The position numbers and the translations under genes were made by a program. Below are positions 59,220 through 64,000 of a stretch of 64,000 nt of DNA, one piece after another. Within the stretch, counting starts at the first letter, position 1, and each line of letters begins with the position of its first letter. Source of the DNA: Candidatus Caldarchaeales archaeon (GTDB lineage: Archaea > Thermoproteota > Nitrososphaeria_A > Caldarchaeales > Wolframiiraptoraceae); contig JBCNVN010000001.1 in the NCBI GenBank assembly GCA_039630055.1, positions 164,746 through 228,745 of the forward strand, in the 5' to 3' direction. The notes beneath the pieces were generated by a model that was not told the DNA's origin, did no database searches, and was given only the letters and a program-made list of their open reading frames with translations.

Positions 59220-60273
59220 CTAACCTCTCCTACGCCAACATAACCAGAAATATAAATAGAGCCTAGATTAAAAATAGCTTCATGGACTCTAATAGGGAAT
59301 AAATAGGAATATATAAAAAGGATTAAAGCCTAACAATCAAATATGTATCTACCACGTCCACGTCTTTTACCCTATCCCACCTATCTAATACTTCCAATAG
59401 CTCCTTAAATGTAATCTTTTCACATCGCAGATCTATCTTTAACCCAGCCTTGACGCTGGCTACAACCTTATTCTCAAAAACATCGTCCACAATCAACTTT
59501 AAAAACTCTCATCCTAAAAGATTATGATAACGGTAGATTTCCATTCTGAAATGTTTTCTCCACTTCCACCCTCACCCCATGTCATTATAATAAGTTTATA
59601 TATTCTTTGGGAAGATCTAAATCTTCTAGAAGGTCTCCAGTATAGAATCTTCTAGCTATCCCATAAGCCTTCAACCTCAAACACCATCCAGCCTTCTATA
59701 ACCAGAAAGCTCTCTCAAAACAATATTAGAAACTCTTATAACTTTCCATGAGATAGATAGTGGTCTATAATAGCTAGATCTCTACAAACTATAGTATTAC
59801 ATCTAGGAGATATAAGTTTCTCATAAGGAATAGAGTTAAGATTACTTATAATTAAACCTCTATTATCTTGAAACTGCTTTTACTGAGAAGTTTCTTAAAG
59901 AGGATCCTGAGGTAGCTGTAAACGTTATGGATTTGGTTGAGAAGTCTATAAGATATAGACTATTCATGCTCAGCAAGATGTCCTCAAACATAGACTATAA
60001 AGGTTGCCCGCTCAGAGGAGGTGGTAGACGACCCGTATCCGTTCACTAGAGTTAGCTATTATGAAGAGCAGGATGCTGGACGCCTTATCAACTTTCTCCA
60101 CAACCTTCTCTGCAGGTTCTGAAACTAATTCTACAACCTCAGGTTTCTCCAAACCTCAGCATTTGCTAGCTCATCATAATCTTCAGTAGCTAGGATAAGC
60201 CTAACGTTATAGTAGAAGTAGATGTTGTGTTTTCGTACTACTGGTCTCTTAATAGAAGCCATCCCCCCACACT

Positions 60274-60951
60274 CTAACTGAAAATAAGAGTTGAGATCCT
60301 TACCAGTAAGCCTACTATGAAACCTATACAGAAGGCTGTAATAATCGAGAATAGTGTAATCCGTTTAGAAATCTTCTTATAGACTGGAGAGCCTGCTAAT
60401 CCTTCTTGAACCTGAATCATAGATCTTTTCTCAGTAATAGTAAATCTTGGTACAGATAAAGTATATCCAGGCTTATAGACTCTTACAGGTATCCTAACTA
60501 CTTTTCCATGTTCATCTTCGCAGTAGGCTGCTATATCTATATCGCGACAGATTATAAACGGTTTGAGACCTGTTCCTCGAAGCCATTCAGATATCACTCT
60601 CAGAGACGATCTATCAAGCGAGGACATTCTAAACCCTATTGGATGTCTATGGGATTCTATGTAGATGTTATGCCCCAACCTAATCATCTCATTCGCACAT
60701 TTAGATAGCCAACCTGTCTCTGGCTCAACGGTAACTGGGCCCGCCTCAACAACTTTATTCCCCCAGACCGTTGTTACGTAACCTATACCGTCTTGTATTA
60801 TTCCTGATAAGAGACAAAACTCTTCTTCTTTCTCCGTAGCAGCATCAAGAAAGCTCCACATCATCTCTGCAGCTACGGATTGATCTAGATAGATAGCATT
60901 AACCTGTGGTTCCTTTTTTACTTTAGTATCAGTTGGTAAAAAATATCGCAC
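60274..60951 (-). CDS. JAB/MPN+ (JAMM) metalloprotease with C-terminal transmembrane helix
   Basis: EEEFCLLSG (catalytic Glu strand), ESHRHPIGFRMSSLD (HxH-x6-S-xx-D), C-terminal ITLFSIITAFCIGFIVGLLV. Confidence 0.8.
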   Translation of the reverse strand: MRYFLPTDTKVKKEPQVNAIYLDQSVAAEMMWSFLDAATEKEEEFCLLSGIIQDGIGYVTTVWGNKVVEAGPVTVEPETGWLSKCANEMIRLGHNIYIESHRHPIGFRMSSLDRSSLRVISEWLRGTGLKPFIICRDIDIAAYCEDEHGKVVRIPVRVYKPGYTLSVPRFTITEKRSMIQVQEGLAGSPVYKKISKRITLFSIITAFCIGFIVGLLVRISTLIFS

Positions 60952-61325
60952 TCATCCACACCTTCTTCGCCGAAGATGTGAGCGGGTGCGTTTTCGAGGG
61001 TTATTCCATGAAGAGAATCTGCTAATTCAGCTATTCTCTTATCTCTTGGCAACAGCTTTCCATCAGGAAAGCTAAGCCTCAAATTATTGGGATTCATATT
61101 TATTTTCCTAACAATCTGTTCTTCAAGCTCTGCAACAGTATAGTGGTCTGGAACTTTTACGGTAAGCGGGTCTTGTCCAGGCTTCACTTTAATCTTCAGC
61201 GATATCTTACCGCTTTCGCTATTGCTAGACTTCTCTCCGCGAATTATTTCCGCTAGGTCTGCCAACCGCATCACCTCGTCATCGAATTGATCTCTGATGG
61301 ATTTTTCTTTTTTAATTATCAGCAT
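60918..61325 (-). CDS. Ubiquitin-like (beta-grasp) protein with C-terminal extension after HIFG
   Basis: ISLKIKVKPGQDPLTVKVPDHYTVAELEEQIVRKINMNPNNLRLSFPDGKLLPRDKRIAEL follows the ubiquitin pattern (T(I/V)xxLKxxI...QRLIFxGKxLxDxxTL). Confidence 0.72.
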   Translation of the reverse strand: MLIIKKEKSIRDQFDDEVMRLADLAEIIRGEKSSNSESGKISLKIKVKPGQDPLTVKVPDHYTVAELEEQIVRKINMNPNNLRLSFPDGKLLPRDKRIAELADSLHGITLENAPAHIFGEEGVDECDIFYQLILK

Positions 61326-61337
61326 TGAAAGAAATTA

Positions 61338-61408
61338 CTTGATATTATAATCAAGCAACGAAGCTTTATGGAGTATGATAATGAATTATCTCAGACTATA
61401 ATGAGATA
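61338..61408. promoter_or_regulatory. Two inverted repeats in the divergent promoter of the Ubl-JAB unit and the membrane-protein genes
   Basis: CTTGAT-N6-ATCAAG (61338-61355) around a TTATAA box; TATCTCA-N8-TGAGATA (61387-61408). Confidence 0.45.
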
Positions 61409-61530
61409 CCGTTTATTATCCGTAATTCACATAGTTTTAGAGTGAGATGAGATGATAAGCTGCAGGAAAGATACGAGTTCATTGAGAGGAGATTTAGAAG
61501 AAATTATGAAATTGTATAGGAGACGTTGCT

Positions 61531-61977
61531 ATGACTTTAACATTTGAGAATTTAGCTGGCATCTTCATCTTCTTTTTGACCTGTCTACTGGCTATGAGAT
61601 ATGTAAGCGATAATAGGATAAAGGTGGCTGCATTCATTTTCTCAATCGCTGGTTCAGCGTATCTAGCAGGTTTTCTAAGATCAGAATATCTATATAGTGC
61701 TCTTGAAGAACTCTTAAGAAGAGCTGATCCAATTGGAGTAACGCTCTCAACAGCCGTGTTAAGCGCTGGAGCTGTAATGCCTATTGGTACGTTGCGTAGA
61801 CCTCTAATAACTGCTGGTGCTACAGGGTTAGGATTAAGCTTATTGGGGATACCGGTCTGGCTGGCGCGGTCAATATTACTGCTAATACTTGTAGCTTTAG
61901 CTTACCTCATCTACAGAGCCCTAAAACCTGTTATTGCTAGATTGCTCGGAGATGGAGGTGGAGGAGGCTATCATTAA
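61531..61977 (+). CDS. Hypothetical multi-pass membrane protein
   Basis: ATG preceded by AGGAG; 4-5 hydrophobic segments; Gly-rich tail. Confidence 0.7.
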   Translation: MTLTFENLAGIFIFFLTCLLAMRYVSDNRIKVAAFIFSIAGSAYLAGFLRSEYLYSALEELLRRADPIGVTLSTAVLSAGAVMPIGTLRRPLITAGATGLGLSLLGIPVWLARSILLLILVALAYLIYRALKPVIARLLGDGGGGGYH

Positions 61978-62087
61978 AACTAGACTAAATAGATTCCTTA
62001 GATTATTAAAAGAGAATAGAAGAGTATTAGTTCTGATAATACTCATTACATTGTTACCGACCTTACTTTTACATTTGTTAAGAGGCG

Positions 62088-62627
62088 GTGAGGATGGAGG
62101 AGAATAGATTAGAAGATCTGTGGGAAATAATTTTGATAGTAAACCTACTTACAGGTTTTTTCCTTCTATTAGGAGCTTTAAAGACTCAGTGGGCATGGCC
62201 TCCAATATACCTTAATGAGAGTGTTGTATCAACGCATGCAGCAATATTCCTAGCTACCTTTTGCTCAACATTTCTACCAACAACAATTTACCTACTGGCT
62301 AAGACGTGGGACTCCGAGTTTGCATTACTAACATACTTTTTATGTTTGATATTAATGGCTCCAGCAACTTTACCTTTCGGTCAATTTATATACATCACGC
62401 CCATTCTGCTGTTTTTAGTAGTTATAGCGTTACCTTGGGCGCTACATTTAAAACTAAGTCATCATGTTCAGCGAAGAGGTCGCCCAACAATTCAAAGAAC
62501 ACACTATCACCACCAGCTCATACAGCCTCAGGATAGCTATAATCATAAAACTAAAAGAAGGCCTCCCTCATCAGGAGATAAAGAGGATGATATAGAGATA
62601 TATCTAGAGCTAGATGATGAGTCTTAG
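62088..62627 (+). CDS. Hypothetical membrane protein (about 4 TM) with His-rich/charged C-terminal tail
   Basis: Hydrophobic segments, then HHVQRRGR...HYHHQ...DKEDDIEIYLELDDES. Confidence 0.65.
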   Translation: MRMEENRLEDLWEIILIVNLLTGFFLLLGALKTQWAWPPIYLNESVVSTHAAIFLATFCSTFLPTTIYLLAKTWDSEFALLTYFLCLILMAPATLPFGQFIYITPILLFLVVIALPWALHLKLSHHVQRRGRPTIQRTHYHHQLIQPQDSYNHKTKRRPPSSGDKEDDIEIYLELDDES

Positions 62628-63023
62628 AACATAAACTGCTTAAATCATTAGTAGAAAACTCAACTGATTACAGATGCTTAAGCTTTGCTATGAGAAACTC
62701 AGATTTTAAACTTTAAGTTTATAAATTTTCTTTCTCTTTTAAGATAGAGGAAGATGTCTCAAGCTAGAAGAGATTCTCTAAAATTTTAACAAGACTTAGT
62801 ATAGAAGCTGGTGTAGCTGAATTATATGAAAGACTTTACCATATTATTTTACTTGAAAGAAATTTCAGATCAGAAATGACTTACTGGATTAATAAGATTT
62901 TAGTAGTTTCACCTTTAAAAGAGATTGTAGATTTTTAGCCTATGTAATGTTAAGCTGTGAGAATCATCAAGTAGTATGGTGGTTTGTTTATGTTTTTATG
63001 ATGGCTTCTTATAGTTCTTCTCG

Positions 63024-63740
63024 ATGTCGGAGTTTCTTAAGGGTTTGAGTGATAGTGATGTTAAGATTCTCATCATCTTATTTAAGAGTGGTGGAGTAGT
63101 TTCTCCATCTAAGCTTGAAGAAGATTATAGTAGTAAGTATGTTTATGATAGAGTGAAGATTCTTATCGAGAAGGGTTTAGTTGAGAAGGATGAAGGACTC
63201 TATAGATTGACTGATGAAGGTGTAATTGTAGCTTTGAGAACGGTCTTAACGATAGATGATTTGAGGGAGGAGGTTGTAGGTAGTCTTGCTGTTAGGTTTA
63301 AGAACTTACTAGACTATCTAAAGGCTAGAAGACTGGTTGAAGAAGTTGATGTAAGTATTCTATTAGATGATATGTTGAGAGCTCTAAGTATAGTGGATCA
63401 GCTGTTCACAAGCTTACCCATACCATACAATCAAACCGATTACATTAAGTATGCTGCAGATTGTGTAGTTGAGGTCTTGAAGAAGGCTTCCTCTAGTAGC
63501 GATGTCTTCAACATGATCCTTTCCTCGTGGCTAGGTATCTATGGATTAAGTGGTGAGGCTAGGCCTGTAAATAGTTTTCTAAGAGCATACCTTGGCACGA
63601 TACTCTACCACTTCAGCTTCTACTCATACAGTAAGCTTCACTGGACTATCAAGGAGCATCTATCATACTTATTAATCCTAGCAGGCATGATAACGATGAC
63701 CATAGCAACTATACTGATGTTTGTTGGAATACTCCTCTAA
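63024..63740 (+). CDS. Winged-HTH protein with C-terminal transmembrane helix
   Basis: LSDSDVKILIIL...VYDRVKILIEKGLVEKDEGLYRLTDEG wHTH signature; hydrophobic C-terminus LLILAGMITMTIATILMFVGILL. Confidence 0.7.
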   Translation: MSEFLKGLSDSDVKILIILFKSGGVVSPSKLEEDYSSKYVYDRVKILIEKGLVEKDEGLYRLTDEGVIVALRTVLTIDDLREEVVGSLAVRFKNLLDYLKARRLVEEVDVSILLDDMLRALSIVDQLFTSLPIPYNQTDYIKYAADCVVEVLKKASSSSDVFNMILSSWLGIYGLSGEARPVNSFLRAYLGTILYHFSFYSYSKLHWTIKEHLSYLLILAGMITMTIATILMFVGILL

Positions 63741-64000
63741 AAAATGTTACCATAGATAGAAGACACCGATCTGATTAGAGGTCAGACCTCACATAAGACG
63801 TCTGACCAGAAACTCTAACAATCTAGAAACCACTCTAGAAAGATCATAATGATAAGAAAGCTCAAACCATATATCAATAGAGTAAGTATGGTGATGAGCC
63901 TGCGATCAAGAAACAGACAAAGATCGCAGATGATGTAGGAGCTGCTCCCCATCCAGAGAAATCTGGATCCAGCCATGATAGGCTGGCGGCGGGAAGAAAG

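Noticed and set aside
59058-59243. 61-aa plus-strand ORF
   Set aside because: Low-complexity P/T/N/S product reflecting the opposite strand's G/T bias
59290-60262. Possible decayed E1/E2 genes downstream of the JAB gene
   Set aside because: Hand translation gave only short fragments (MASIKRPVVRKH..., EFLKLIVDDVFENK..., YYLETAFTEKFLKEDPE...) with no GxGxxG, HPN or catalytic-Cys motif; cannot be assigned
63780-63807. GGTCAGAC-N12-GTCTGACC inverted repeat after the wHTH gene
   Set aside because: Single 8-bp stem with no T-tract or second copy; function unsupported

Overview
Archaeal chromosome segment. The gene set (aIF2-alpha, S27e, Nop10, PAC2, AglB, class I CCA enzyme, intron-containing tRNAs, split complex I and A-ATPase genes) points to a TACK archaeon, plausibly Caldarchaeales/'Aigarchaeota'-like; this taxonomy is inference. 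Positions 1-40 kb are mostly housekeeping and energy genes. These include nuoBCD, a tRNA-Gln with two introns, and lipA-lpdA-lipB divergent from porGDAB across a mirror-symmetric promoter region. They also include a korDABG-hdrA/mvhD-hdrD-etfAB operon with a divergent Cys-containing wHTH protein, tmk-thpR-cca, and trpB2-serA-aminotransferase. Positions 40-58 kb hold tRNA-Pro, a sugar-uptake cluster and an Asp-box/peptide-ABC cluster. From about 58.9 kb a tRNA 3' fragment (probable att site) opens an apparently integrated, partly decayed element. It carries a ubiquitin-like protein with a C-terminal extension coupled to a membrane-anchored JAB/JAMM protease, with divergent small membrane proteins and a membrane-tethered wHTH. 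This Ubl-JAB pair is the best candidate for an undescribed system. All product calls come from motif recognition by eye; no database searches were run.
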